Source: Cycas panzhihuaensis (taxonomy: Eukaryota > Plantae > Cycadophyta). Taken from it: a stretch of DNA of 64,000 nucleotides. Of this stretch, positions 1-13,349 are shown piece by piece. The number at the start of each line of letters is the position of its first letter. Within the stretch, counting starts at the first letter, position 1. The stretch is from the NCBI GenBank assembly GCA_023213395.1, contig CM041465.1, positions 177,203,741 through 177,267,740 on the forward strand, written 5' to 3'. The notes beneath the pieces were generated by a model. The model did no database searches and was not told where the DNA came from. It worked only from the letters and a program-made list of their open reading frames with translations. Position numbers and translations under genes: made by a program.

Positions 1-868
1 TCTCTAATGCTTTAGTAAAGAAAGATGTAAAAGTTTTATATTTTTTTCTCCCTCCTACAACCACTTAATTTAAGATTATAAAAGGTCTCTTCTTTTAATT
101 CTAGACTATCAATATCTTTCTAAAGACAAGCCTCTTTGGAGGTATTTTCCTTAGAAATTTCATCCTTCATAGTATCTTATAGAAATTGAGTTATCTTTTC
201 ATCTAGAAATCTTCTTTGCTAAAAAAATCCCCAAAACTTAGCCTATTCCATTTCTTAATGTAATTTTTAAGGAATTTAAGATTTTATTCTTATTTAAACA
301 TATGGTAGCCTCTATTGGGGTCATCCTTTTGTCATTATTTATTGACTTTGGATTTAAAACTAGAATGAGAAAGCCATATTTTCTCAAATGTAAACAAGGA
401 ATTTCTTAGCTTAAAGCCTTCCATGATATAAGGATCTATAGGCCAATGGTTTAATCCACTTCCTTAAATAATATTTGATTTCATTATGACATTACAGATC
501 ATTAGATTTTTATTAATAAAAAACCTATCCAACCTCTTTGCAATCTAAGCCTTTCTTACTTTGTGGTTGTTCTAAGTGAATAAACCTTCTCTTGGATGGA
601 TATCTAGAATCCTTTAAGACATAATCCACTCTCGTAAGTTGATACTTGTCTAATCCAAAGTCCTCATTCCATCTCTCTTCTCATCTAGTTTGAGAATAGA
701 GTTGAAATTCCTATTATTATCTAATTAGCATCATTAATGTTCCTTCTTATCCACTCCAAAGACTCCCAATAAGTAAGCTTCTGCTTAAGGTAAGTGGAAG
801 TATATAGGTTTAAAATATTCACCATTATTCCATACTTGATAAAGTAGAAAATCCCATTGAGCCATCTT
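1..868 (-). mobile_element. Degenerate L1-like LINE (LINE-A), part of ORF2 (endonuclease and downstream linker); continues at 6975 past the Copia-1 insertion
   Basis: Minus-strand remnants resembling the endonuclease GDFN motif near 700-715. Contiguous with the ORF2 start at 7247 once Copia-1 (TSD CTATC) is removed. Confidence 0.6.
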
Positions 869-873
869 CTATC

Positions 874-1440
874 TATTAAGATCTTTATGTTTAACTATTA
901 AGTATTGTACTTTATATTATAAAATTGATGTACTTTATGTAAGGATGCCTTATCACCTAATGTGATAAAGTACACACCTACATTCTTTCTAGTGACATAA
1001 TATTATAACTTAAGGGTTAATATACCCTCATATACTTTTGCTCATAAAGAGAGCCTAAGGGGCACATCCCATATATAAAGGGTATAGCTTGGATGTTTAA
1101 CACTTGTTAAACATCCAACTGTCTAAGGTCCTCCACTTCTAAGTAAGGAGGTCAAACCTTATATATCAAACATGTGAGTGATTATTGTACTATATTATTT
1201 CTAATTTGAATCCAAGTCAATCTTGCTTATTTTAGAGTAACGACAAATTTCTACTCTTGTATATTTTGTGTTCTTCTTGTACTTGAGTTCATTTGCTTCA
1301 TGCTTACTTAGGTGCATATATTTTTAGTTGCTTATTGTTGATATTAATCATCTCCTTATACTAGAAAACTTCCTCTTCATGAGATCCTAAGAGTTATATT
1401 CATCATCAATTGGTATAAAGGTTGAATCCCATCTTCAACA
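874..1440 (+). repeat. 5' LTR of Copia-1
   Basis: TATTAAGATC...TCTTCAACA, collinear with 6431-6969; terminal TG has decayed to TA. Confidence 0.9.
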
Positions 1441-3348
1441 TTAGTATTGGAGTTGCTCAGAAAGGAGTGCTTATTGATTTTAGGCTTGAAGAAAGTTTAC
1501 CAAATCCTTGATGATGATATTCACTCTCTAAAGATGATCCAAGGTAGAGTTTGGCTCATATTTACACTATTTTTTCCCTTAAAAATACTTTTACAGGTCA
1601 AAAAATAATTAATTTAATTTCTAAAATTTTTTCTAAGGGTCAATTTATAATTATAGTAAGGAAATATAAAAATATAACTATTTTTCCTCAATTTTCTACT
1701 AAATAAAAATTAGTTTATAGGGTTTTCTTATAAAATATATAAGTTACTCTCTACTGGTGACTTCAAACCCTTTGAATTTTCTCATTATCTATTAATGACT
1801 ACACCTAGAAAGATTTCACTATGTTAAGTAAAATTTTCATGAAGCTGGGCCAAATTTTAAGGAGGAAAACTACTATTTAAAGACTGTTCTCTTACTAGCT
1901 TGTCTCTTGAGGCTCTTCGCACCTACTTATACCCTAGTTGCATACATTTTGAGTGTTAAAACTTACTTTGTAAGTGCATCTCATCTATAACTATTTATTT
2001 TTTCTATGATAGCCTGTGTGCCTAACTAAGCTTATAAATAACTCGTTCTTTATCTGCATAGCATTGAATCACCTTAACTTAGGCTTGAATCAATTGTTTT
2101 CACTTGGAGAACATTAATCTAGAGTTAGTTTGTCATTTGCATCCTTTATTCAATTGGTATTTGGCTTTGCGTGATTGAACTTTTTCTTGGCACCACATAA
2201 TTGTCCTAATTCTTTGTTTTTGTTGTTTCTTTTTTTTTTTTTGAATTTTATCAAAAATAACCTTAGTTTATGTTATTTGTCATATTCTATGAATATTCTA
2301 TTCTTCTTAAATTTTATTTTTTAATGCCCTTTTTTAATTGATATTTAATTCCTTTTAAGTTATTTCAACCTTTTTCTTAATTTTTTAGTCATTTCTAGAC
2401 ATTAATATATATATATATATATGTGTAAAAATAAACTCAAAATTAATGATTTCTAGTGATTTTATATACTTTTTGTGAAAAAATTACATTCCAAGGCTCC
2501 CTGCATGGTAACCTTCTTATCCTAAGTTATAAAATTGGCTCAAAATCACTTTTTAAAATAAAAAATCACTTTATTTGGGGTTGGTTAGGATTACTTTAAA
2601 GTCCTAACATTGTTTTGATGCCATGTTCTCTTAGCATTCTTCATAAAAATTGGTATTTTGTGGTTATTTCTTTCTTTTAAAATAAAACCAATTAAAGCAC
2701 AATAAGTAAGCTAACATCTTTTTATTTGGCACTTAGTACTACATTTACTTTTTTAAGTACCTTTTATAAACACTTTAAGCATTCTTTCTATACTCAATTT
2801 ACTTTATTTGAAGCCCTCTTGTATTGAGTTTTATCAAGAATTATAAAGTAATATTATTACTCACTTAAGTGATTTATCTTAAGTTAATTTTAACCATTAA
2901 AATTTTGCTTTAAAATCTTATTGGAGAGGCCTGAAAAAGGCTTAAACCTTACCTTTAAAAATATCAAGCTTGGTATATTCCCTAGGGGACTAACTGACCG
3001 TATGGTTAGTGCACAATAATTGAGATTAATCTTAGAGAAAAAGAGGCTAAAAAAAGGTGTTACTAGGGTTGTCAATCTTGAGGAAAACATAGTATAATTA
3101 TATAGATTAAGCCTACCTCACTTATCCTAGATTTGACTTAGCTAACTATTAGATTTATTTAGAAATATTAGGGTTTGACCAACTCTTTACCTAACACTTT
3201 ATTTTTCATCACCCTTTTCAGTTATTGGATCTTTTTTGTAAGATCAAGGTTATTGGTGTGCTTAAAGGTGGAACTCAAGCAATGAAATCCTTGAGTTTCT
3301 AAGTCATCTGTTAGCTTCAATAACTTTTTTATAAATAACTTTAACATC

Positions 3349-6300
3349 ATGGCTACTATTAATATCCTCAATGCATATATTATTAAGTTAAATGTACAAG
3401 ATACTTTTTAAGAGTGGAAAAGGTGAAATAAGAACTTATTGATTATGAATGTATTTTGGAGCTTTATATTTAGGACCAATCCTAAGCCTTAGATTAACTC
3501 AAGTAGATAAACAATAGATGAGCATATTATTTAAAGATGGGAAATATACCATTTGTGACAAGAATGATCAAGTGTTTACTATTAGCCATGAAAACCATGG
3601 CTTTTACAAATTGGATACTTTAAATATTACACTTGTTACTGCTCCAGTATATTCTATCACTCAATCTACTACTAAAGAGTAACTTTGGAATAATAAGCTA
3701 GACCGCTTGAGCCTAGATAACATTAAAATAATGTTTAACAAAAACATGATGTTTGGGCTTCCAAAGACATCAAGATTAAAATAACTTTATAAAGCATATA
3801 TAATAGGAAAACAACATCAAGATCCTTTTCCTAAAGGTAAAGTATTGTGTGCATCTTAACCCTTATGGTTGGCTCATACTAATTTATATGGACCTATATC
3901 CACACTATCTCTTAAAGAAACTCTTTACTATATCACATTCATTGATGATTTTTCACACAAGGTTTAGGTTTATTTCATCAAATACAAATCTGAGACATTA
4001 AAAACATTCAAGGAACTTAATCTTGATGTGGAAAATGAGTTAGGTTCTTTAATCAACATGTTGAGATCTAATAATATAGGAAAATTTACCTTAAGAGAGT
4101 TTAACCAGTTTTGCAAAGACCATGGAATTAGAAGACAAATCATTTCTCTACACACACCTCAATATAATGAAATATTTGAGAGGATGAATATGACTTTGGA
4201 AAATAAAGCCAAAGTTATAAGACATATAAAAAGGCTTCTCCTTTCTTATTGGGTAGGATCATTCTACACAATAATATATGTAGCCAATAGAAGCCCTACT
4301 ACTGTAGTCATTGATATAATACTGGAGAAGGTTTGTTCTAGTAAAAACACAATTATAAGCCATTTTTATACTTTTAGGTGTATTTCTTATATATATATTT
4401 CCCAACAATAAAGAAAGAAGTTGGATGATAACAGTCTCAAATGTATTTTCATTGATTACTATATTAGTAGCAAAGCATATTAAGTATATAATCCTATTAC
4501 TAAAAAAATACATATATCTAGAGATGTAATCTTTGCTAAGGACAATGAGGAGTTGGACCCAACATCCATCCATCCTCCTCTTGACAAAAGAAAGAAGATT
4601 ATTGAGGACTTCCTTCCCTCACAATCTTCCACACCATATTTATCTTCTACATCTGTCACTTCTTCGTCTATATCTATTCCATCTACTTCATCAACTCTAC
4701 TTAAAGATGGTAGTTTATTAGAGGTTAATCAACTATTACAAGCCCAGGATGTTAATGTTTCAATCATAATAACAAATAAGTTACCAAAATAATATACTCA
4801 AATACTATAGGATGTGCAAGTACTTAAAGGCAAATATCCATAAAAAATATGACAACAATCTATCAATTATGCACTTATAGATGATGTGTTTTATATTGAT
4901 GAGTTTTCTACTTTTAAGGAGGTATGTAAATATGAAAAGTAGAAAGCTACCATAGATGAGAAAATCCATTCTATTACAAAGAATGGAACTTAGAATTTGG
5001 TAGAATTCTTTAAAAATAAATAGGCAATCAATTGTAAATGGATGTATAAAACTAAATTCTAATCTGATGGTTCAATTGAGTGTCATGAGGTTCAACTAGT
5101 TGTAAGGGGATTTAAATAAAAGAAAGGTATTGACTATGAAGAGATCTTTGTACCTATGGCAAATATAAATACTATTAGACTAATATTGGCCTTAACTACT
5201 TAATGTAAATGACCAATCTATCAGATGGATATGAAGAGTGCTTTTTGTAATAACAATCTTTAAGAGGAGGTTTATTTGGAGCAACCTCCTAATTTTGTTA
5301 CACATGGTAAAGAACACTTGGTATGTCACCTTAAAAAACCTTTATATAGATTAAAATAGACCCCTAAAGTATGGTACTAAAAAATTAATGATTATTTTTT
5401 GAGATATGAATATCATCGATCTTCATTAGATCCTAACTTATATATAAAAGTTAGGAATAATTATGTTATCTTTATCATTTTATATATTGATGACTTAGTA
5501 ATCACTAGAAGTGATATTAAGATGATACAAGTTCTCGAGGATGAACTTAAGAGGAGTTTTAAGATGACTAATCTTGGATTTCTCTATCATTTCTTAAGTA
5601 TAGAGGTATGGTAATAACTAGGTTGTATATTTATTTCCTAAGATAAATATTCTTGGTATATTTTATAACAATTAAAAATAGAGAACTATAAACCATCACT
5701 TATATCTATAGAGAATAAAATAAAATTATTACTTGATGAGGAAGCAGCACTAGTAGATCCCATTTTATATCTATAATTAGTAGGTAGTCTCATTTACTTG
5801 ACGAACACTAGACTAGATCTTTTATTTATAGTTAGAATTTATTCTAGCTATATGTCTCTACCTAATCAGAAGTATTGGAATGCAACAAAACATATACTAA
5901 GATATATCAAAGGTACATTGTAGCATGGCCCACAATATAGACATAATGAGAACTTCATCCTAGAAGGGTATTCATATTTTAATTAGGCAATATACTAGGA
6001 TATCCATCACTTAACCTTAGGATATTACTTCATCCTTGGTTAATGTGTTGTTTCATAAAGTTGCAAGAAGCAACCTAATGTTACCTTATCCTCCACTGAA
6101 GCAAAGTACAAAGTTATAGTTAATACATCTTATGTGGCTATTTAGCTAATAAATATTCTTAACGAGCTTGGACTTGAGTAAAATTACCCTACTTAGTTAT
6201 ATTTTAATAATCAAAGTATACTCAAGTTGACTAAGAATCTAATTTTTGATATAAGGACCAAACACATTGAGTTCCATCACCACTTCAATAGAAAACATGT

Positions 6301-6415
6301 GTAGAATGATGAGATTGAAGCCTATAGATTAACAATTATCAAACATCTTTACCAAGTTACTTGGTAGAGAAAATTTTGAGAAATTCAGAAGTCTTAGTAT
6401 CCAACTTACCATTAT
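3349..6415 (+). pseudogene. Copia-1 gag-pol pseudogene (gag N-terminus, integrase, RT, RNase H)
   Basis: Gag start ATG 3349; TFIDDFS integrase motif ~3935; CKWMYKTK ~5035; YIDDL ~5485; RTKHIE ~6255. Many stops. Confidence 0.88.
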
Positions 6416-6430
6416 AAATATTAAGGGAGG

Positions 6431-6969
6431 TGTTAAGATCTTTATATTTAAATGTTAAGTATTATACTTTATATTATAAAATTAATGTATTTTATATAAC
6501 TTTATGTAAGGGTGACTTATCACCTAATATAATAAAGTACATAACCACATTATTTCTAGTGACATAATGTTATGACTTAAGGGTCAATATATCCTCATGC
6601 ACTTTTTCTCATAAAGAAAGTTTGGGGGACACTTATCCTACATGCAAAGGGCACATCTTAGATGTATGACACTTGTCAAATATCTAATCATTTAAGGTGC
6701 TCCTTTACTTCTATATAATGAGTTCAAACCTCATGTATTGACTTAATAAACAAGATTGACTTGGAGTAAGGACAAATTTCTACTTCTCTATGCTTTATAT
6801 TTTTATTATGCTTGAGTTCATTTACTCCATGCTTACTTAGGTGTTCATATTCTTAGTTGCTTATTATTGATGCTAATCATCTCCTTGTACTAACCAACTT
6901 CCTCTTCATGAGATCTTAAGGGTTGTGTTCATCATCAATTGATGTGAAGGTTGAATGCCATCTTCAACA
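6431..6969 (+). repeat. 3' LTR of Copia-1
   Basis: TGTTAAGATC...TCTTCAACA, after the PPT and followed by TSD CTATC. Confidence 0.9.
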
Positions 6970-6974
6970 CTATC

Positions 6975-9100
6975 TTCATTTGAATGTATCAATTGTATAG
7001 TCCTTACAAACTATAGAGATGTTAACCTACTTGAGGCCTCAAAGGATCTAGACCCTAGATCTAGACTAATAGAAATGGCCCTACATCCCTTCTAAATCTT
7101 ATATACTATTATAGCCATCTTGTTTAAATCTAGTTTTATTTCTTGGATTAAGTAAATATCCACTCTCTCTAAAGTAATTCTTCTTTTAAGGATTCTCCAC
7201 TTTAAAATAATATTTAACTCCTAAATACACCATGATATTATTTTCATGATTAGGGACTCTCATTTTATAGGAAATAACCTTCCTAAAGAGGTTAGATTAG
7301 CCCATAGTTGACCAGAAATTATCCCTCCTCTAACAATTTCTCTAAATTAGATTTTTGTCCTTTCTTTCCTTTAAGGGTTTTTTCTTTTTAAATAATGTGA
7401 TTAATGTTTTTAATACCTAACTTAATAAACTTACTACTTTTTATTCTTGTATCTTGTTTAGCCCCTTTCCCAAGTTCTTCTATCTTATATCTACCCTTGA
7501 TATTTTTTATCCTCTTCTTAGTTGACTTAGCTTGAATGAAAACCTTATTTAAAGCACCCTCATCTTGCTCGATACCTAGAATAGATTTGTTTGGCTAACA
7601 ACCTTCTGATGTATCCATGTGTTAGGACTTTGAAACCCCATCATTAGGGGTATTTAGAGCACCCTAATCTTGAGTTGTCTTATCATTACCCACATTAAGT
7701 AATCCCATAGAAGGAAGAGTGTGATATATACCATCCATCACATGATCACTTTTAATAGGGTCAAGAACATTGTAATTAGAAGAAGAGATAACTTATTCTT
7801 TAACTGGGTCTGCTTACTATCTAAACAAACTATGCTAATGCCCTTATTTCCCCCTTTATAAGGAGTTGAAAGGCTCAAGTTAGGGCCAATATATTTTAAT
7901 CTCTAGTCACACTAAAACTCAATATCCTCTATAATTTTTAACGAGTCTTCTTGCCTCCCCTCAAAATATTCTTTAGGAATTCTACCTATCTTCTTCATGT
8001 CCATGGGTTAAATCTCTATCATTAGATAGAATTTTCCATTTGTAGAAATTATTATATCTTCCCTACATTCTTCACCATGGGCTTCAAAACTATTAGTATT
8101 AAGGGACTATGAACTGGCTTTCTTGACCCATATTTTGTTAACTTATGGGTTCTCATTTTTTACTTTCTAGAATCCATCCTTATCTATGGTTTCCTCCTTC
8201 TATATAGGCCCCTTGTTTAGAAAATTTCTTTGTTGGTGGCCATCTATATGGTAAATACAACATTTAAATAGGATATATTCATAATCAATCTACCATATCC
8301 ATTCTCCACCCTCAAACTCTAAGATAATTACCTCTAGTAGTGGAGTTGATAGGTTCATGTAAACATAGATTCTAGCATAAGCTATATAATATTTTTCTAG
8401 AGTGACCTATAAAGCTTTAATATATATACCTAGGAAATTAAAAATTTCTCTCAAGGTATCCTCATTCTAGAATTCTAGGGGAAGCAAGTATAGTTTGATC
8501 CAAACTAGGGTCATTAAGAGGTCCTCTTTAACCAAATCAAAGTTAGGCATTTTAAACCTTATGAAGAGGCCTAACACATTCATAAAGTATAAGCCACTTT
8601 CAAAAACCTTATTCATATCTTCTAGAGACTAAAAAAATGTAGTAAAAGACTTTTTGGTCCTAATTTAATGTCAATTTCTCCTTTGGATTTTAGCTTGTCC
8701 TCCCATCTATCTTTAATCCATCTCTTGAGGCTAAAGCTACCCAAATACATTATTTCTTATTTAAAATTCTATGATAAGATTGTAATTCAAGGATTTAAAT
8801 CTACCTTTTCCCAACAATTTGATAGAGAGTCCTTAATCAAATGATCTTTAGGAGCTTGTGTTGGGTTAATAATAGGTACTAAAGAGTTTTTTGATGCCAT
8901 ATTATTAGTTTGTCTTATAGTTACTAAAATTCCTTTGAAGGATAATCAAGATGGATTTTCACCTCCCTCATTGAATAAATGTAAGAGAGGTTAGAATAAG
9001 GCTAATAAGAAGACTAAAACTATTAGAAAATTAGATTTATACTAGAAAACTTAATACTAGAAAAAGTAGTGCAAGTGAAAGAAATAAAACTATCTAGCAA
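6975..9100 (-). mobile_element. LINE-A 5' part: ORF1 (DUF4283 + zinc knuckle) and ORF2 start, degenerate
   Basis: Minus ATG 7247 reads MKIISW (cf. MKIISWNxRG). DYEYILFKCCIYHIDGH at ~8235-8290 is a decayed ORF1 zinc knuckle. Right boundary approximate. Confidence 0.8.
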
Positions 9101-10435
9101 TGCTCACTACTAAAACAATGATTATCAAAGGAGCCTCCTAGAATAATAAATTAATCAAGCTACTTCCATGTATACCAAACTAAAAAGGACATGAAACCCT
9201 AATGGAACCAATAGTCCCTCGAATGCTTACTCTAACAATTTCCTTATAAATAAAAAATAGGATATTATAGAAGGACCTTAATGAAAATAAACCCCCAAGA
9301 AATGTATTCCCCCTATACATGTTAAATAAGGCTAATTAGCTAAATATGGGGTAATAAAGGAACCCCCAATAAGAGTTGGCTCTTTACTATCTTTAAAAGT
9401 CTTAATAATTCATTCAATCACTTCAGAAAGCTAAAGAGTAGAATAAAGAGTAAGATTAAGCAATAGATCTTATAAAACTTAGATGATAGGACTCAATTAG
9501 TTATCAAATCCTATAATAAAGTTGAACTGTATACCCAACATGATTTATCTAGTACTAGTAACACCAGGTGATCTAAAAGCTATTCCTCCCAAAGTAAAAT
9601 CTAGTAGTCGAGCTCGAAGACCAAATCTCTAATACCTCGTAATGAAGCCATAGATTAGTGCTCACTTAGGTCTCTATGTACAAGAGAAAAAAAACACTAA
9701 AAATAACCTTTAGATATTTTGAAAATTTCTACATATCCTTTGAAAGAGAGAACCCTATCCTCGAGAATCCACTAAAGGGATTATTTATAAAGGTAACTAT
9801 AAAAACTAGCTCATAAAACTAAAATAATAACATTATCATTATCTTAGATGTAAAGCCCTAACAAAGTTATTTTTTGCTCTTATTAGGATCTTAATGTCAA
9901 AATTCTAACATGAATATTAACATTAGGGGTATATTCAATAGAAAGAGAATAAAATGTACCTTAATAAAGTTATTATAATAAGACACAAGAAGAGAGGTAT
10001 ATTTATTGTGTTAACTACTTGTGGCTAGTTTAATTCCCTAAGGTAATTAGTATTTGCATGGGTCTATTATTATGCATGGAAATTATAAAACACCATTTTC
10101 TACTTGACTTAGTTGAAATAATAATTAGTGAGTAATGGAAATACTAATATTTATTAGTAATCGAAAAGTAAAACCCACAAAATGACTAAATAACATTGAG
10201 AGTTTTTATAAGCTCAAGCCTAATACATGGAAAGTTTTAAGTTTGAGCTACTTCAATCATATTTGGGATAGGAGGCTCTTGATTTGCATACTAAATACTA
10301 TAAGAGAACCTTTGAGTTTTATTTTTGGAAATACTTTTTAATAGGCTTATTAAAAAAATTGGCATGTATCATAGGGAAAAATAATGAAGCCAACATATAG
10401 ATCATAATGATACTTTCATAAGTTTTAAGGATGAC

Positions 10436-10823
10436 TGTAAGATTTCTCCTAAATGTTGCCTGACCTATTATCTCTATTTAGGCCAACCTTTAATTCTCTT
10501 CTCTTTAAAAATCCAACTTCTTCTATATGATATTTAATACTTCTATTTATAGGATACTTATTCCCCTTTGTAATCATCATTAAAGAGATGATCTAATCTA
10601 TTATTTTTAGCCCTAATCAGAGGTTGCACTAGAGGACACCTTGCCTTGAAGATGGTAGTCTCTATAAACTAAATATTTATTTTGGTTTGCATATATTTGT
10701 GGTTATTCCCTTGTTACATCATTAATAAATATTTTGTCTTAAGTACTACTATCATATTTGAGATAACATAGATCAATGCTTATTTTATTATTTTTTAGTG
10801 TAAATTCCATTAGAATTCCTACA
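10436..10823 (+). repeat. 5' LTR of the chromovirus
   Basis: TGTAAGATTTCTCC...GAATTCCTACA, homologous to 21971-22425. Confidence 0.85.
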
Positions 10824-10899
10824 AGAGATATTAGACCCTTATGATTGAGGATATTCTATTTGGAAGGATCAAATTTTTAGTAGTCATAGAAATTAGTCT

Positions 10900-11957
10900 T
10901 TTACATTTAAGAATTCTAACATTTTCATGAAAAAATAAAATTCTATTGTAAAAAAATTAGAATTATTAATTAAAATTAGATTGTAGCACCCAATCAAATC
11001 TACTTTTTGTGGTCCAAAAGTAATTCTAGAAAATATAAATAAAATTACAATTGTGAAGAAACTATCCCAGCCACCAATAAACCACCTTTTTTAGTAGAGA
11101 ATTAAGCCAACTTATAAAAAGGAGAAACTAAGATACTATAATACTAGAAAACGACCAATCTTTTTCCAAGAACATAATTAAGGTCAGGTAAGATGGTGAG
11201 TATATTGTTTGTCACACTAAAGGATGTTAGTAAAAGAGTAGATACCTTTAATTACAAAGTGATAAAAATGCACAACAAACTAATGGAAGGAGTAAGAAAA
11301 GAATTTAGTAAATAGCTGGCTACCATATCTATGAAATAAGAATGATTATCTTTCTTCTCACAACAGATCACAACATAGGATATTGAGCATGAATAGAATG
11401 GTAAGCTCAATATTTTATACGACAAAATAATGTACTATAAGTACGCTAATTGTAATTAAATATAGGTCAAATGGCCTCACAAACATATAGCCTCTACCTA
11501 TGAATAAGGGATTTATAAAGAATTAGTGAGGCAATATATGGTAGTTCTCATGAATTAGCTAGGTAAAATAGTAAACAATAACACCACTTACTCGTAATAA
11601 TGTAGTCTCCTCACAATGTCCAAATAGCAACTTAAAAACACTACATCATGGCTCTTATACCAGATGTACTAGACCTAATCTAATCATTCAATAGATAACA
11701 TAGATAATTAGTAGATAACAATTAATTACAATATAATAATGGTTAATAATAAAGATTTAGTAAGTTGCATGGGCACCAAAGTGTCAAAAATAGATGTCAA
11801 CCTATATTGAGTAATAATAAAAATACATATATTAATGAGTCAGGGCCTACTTATTCACATGCACTAAAATAAGCCCCCTTTTTAAAGAAACTAACTTTAT
11901 AATATTATTAATTAATTAAAATATTGACTTCCCTTAATTAGTTTTAGGATTATTACA
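10900..11957 (-). mobile_element. Truncated Copia-like fragment (LTR 11665-11957, PBS, decayed gag/protease) in the chromovirus leader
   Basis: GCTCTTATACCA at 11651-11662 is a reverse-complement tRNA-Met PBS next to an LTR end. The LTR is homologous (inverted) to 27129-27466. A WIxLGAT-like motif lies near 10990. Left boundary uncertain. Confidence 0.55.
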
Positions 11958-12963
11958 ATAACTAAGGCTTTGCAAGTAGAAAGAATATTATACATGTCCC
12001 AGCCTAAAGATAATAATAAGGACAAAGAGACTTAACATAGAGAAACCTCTCAATATGACGATGAGGAAAGAGATAGAAGAGATAAACCTAAATATAACTA
12101 TGGTCTTAAGAACTCTAAATTCCTTTTGGAGAAATTTAGCTAAGATAAGTTGAGGGAAATTTGAAGCTAAATTATGCATATGGATCTATATTTACAAATG
12201 CATCGTAAATTAGAATAAGATAAAATACCAACATCACCCCTTTATTTGTATAATAAAGTGATTAAATGATTCTATTGGTGGAGTAAGTATTATTAGGGAA
12301 CACCCAACTACAACTAGGATTTTCTAAAAACCTTAAATAGATCATTATAAAGACTATTGAAGCAAAGATTACTTCTACCAACTAGTATGCCTATAAAAAA
12401 TGAGCATTGTCCAAGCTTACATAGAAGAATTTCAAAATCTATATAGCATGTTGGTCTTAAAAATTGACTATGACTTACTACTTGAAGCATATATCAAAAG
12501 CCTTAAAGGGATTATCAAGTTCTAATTAGAAACACTGGGTGTAGAGAATTTAAGAGAAGTAATTACATAAACTTATAATATTGAAGTAGAGTTTAAAGAA
12601 TCTTTCTAGAATTATAATTGATGAGATGAATTCTCTAGACCAATGGGATAAGGTACTAGGCTAGACTAATACTAGTTAGGGACTAAGACTGACCTACCAT
12701 TAAGGGAATGGAGGGAAGGCAAACTAATAAAGGGTAAGTTATCAAAGGCTAAACACATTCATAAGGGAATATGTTTTTACTACAATGATAAATATAGTCA
12801 TGATCATAAATGTCCAACAAAGAGAGTCTTTATTCTTAATAATGAAGAAATAGATATATTGATACAAGAGGAGAAACTAGAAGATATTTAGTTACTAGAG
12901 AAAGATGAAGAAAAAATAGAAGAATTACTTAATGACATAGATCTTTGATGGAAATAATATGGA

Positions 12964-13349
12964 TCAGGTACTTGTGTAGCAAGTTGGTCCTACATTTGAT
13001 TTGAATCTTCATTGGTTTTGTCATCATGATTCACCTATTCTGTCACCTGTCTCACATGCTCAATAAAAATATCATCAAATACAAGGAGGGTATCTCCCCC
13101 ATAAGTGGAAATCAATACATCTCAAACTAATTTAGAGGTAGTTAATTCAAAAACCTTTGAAAAAACATCATCATGAATAGTACAAAATAATAAACCTAGT
13201 GCTTCATTGTCCCTTTAATAATTTTCTTTCATACTTAGATCACATTCATGTTGTAAATATTTCATAAGATCATGTTCAATAAAATAGTCTTGCATAGTGT
13301 TATACCATAGTGAAAAGTTATAGCCATTGAAAATGGGAAATTGTGCCAT
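12964..13349 (-). pseudogene. Truncated Copia gag N-terminus
   Basis: MAQFPIFNGYNFSLWYNTMQDYFIEHDL fits the Copia gag N-terminal pattern (P.F.G.NY..W...M). Confidence 0.8.

Larger units (their letters stand above)
874..6969 (+). mobile_element. Ty1/Copia LTR retrotransposon (Copia-1), degenerate, with internal gag-protease deletion
   Basis: Paired LTRs 874-1440 and 6431-6969, TSD CTATC (869-873, 6970-6974), decayed PBS after 1440, PPT TTAAGGGAGG at 6421-6430. Integrase (ORF 4028-4411) precedes RT (ORF 5399-5614, LYIDDL) and RNase H. Confidence 0.93.

Noticed and set aside
9100-10435. Possible plus-strand LINE remnant (FKFE-like motif ~10235)
   Set aside because: Too degraded to support boundaries or identity.
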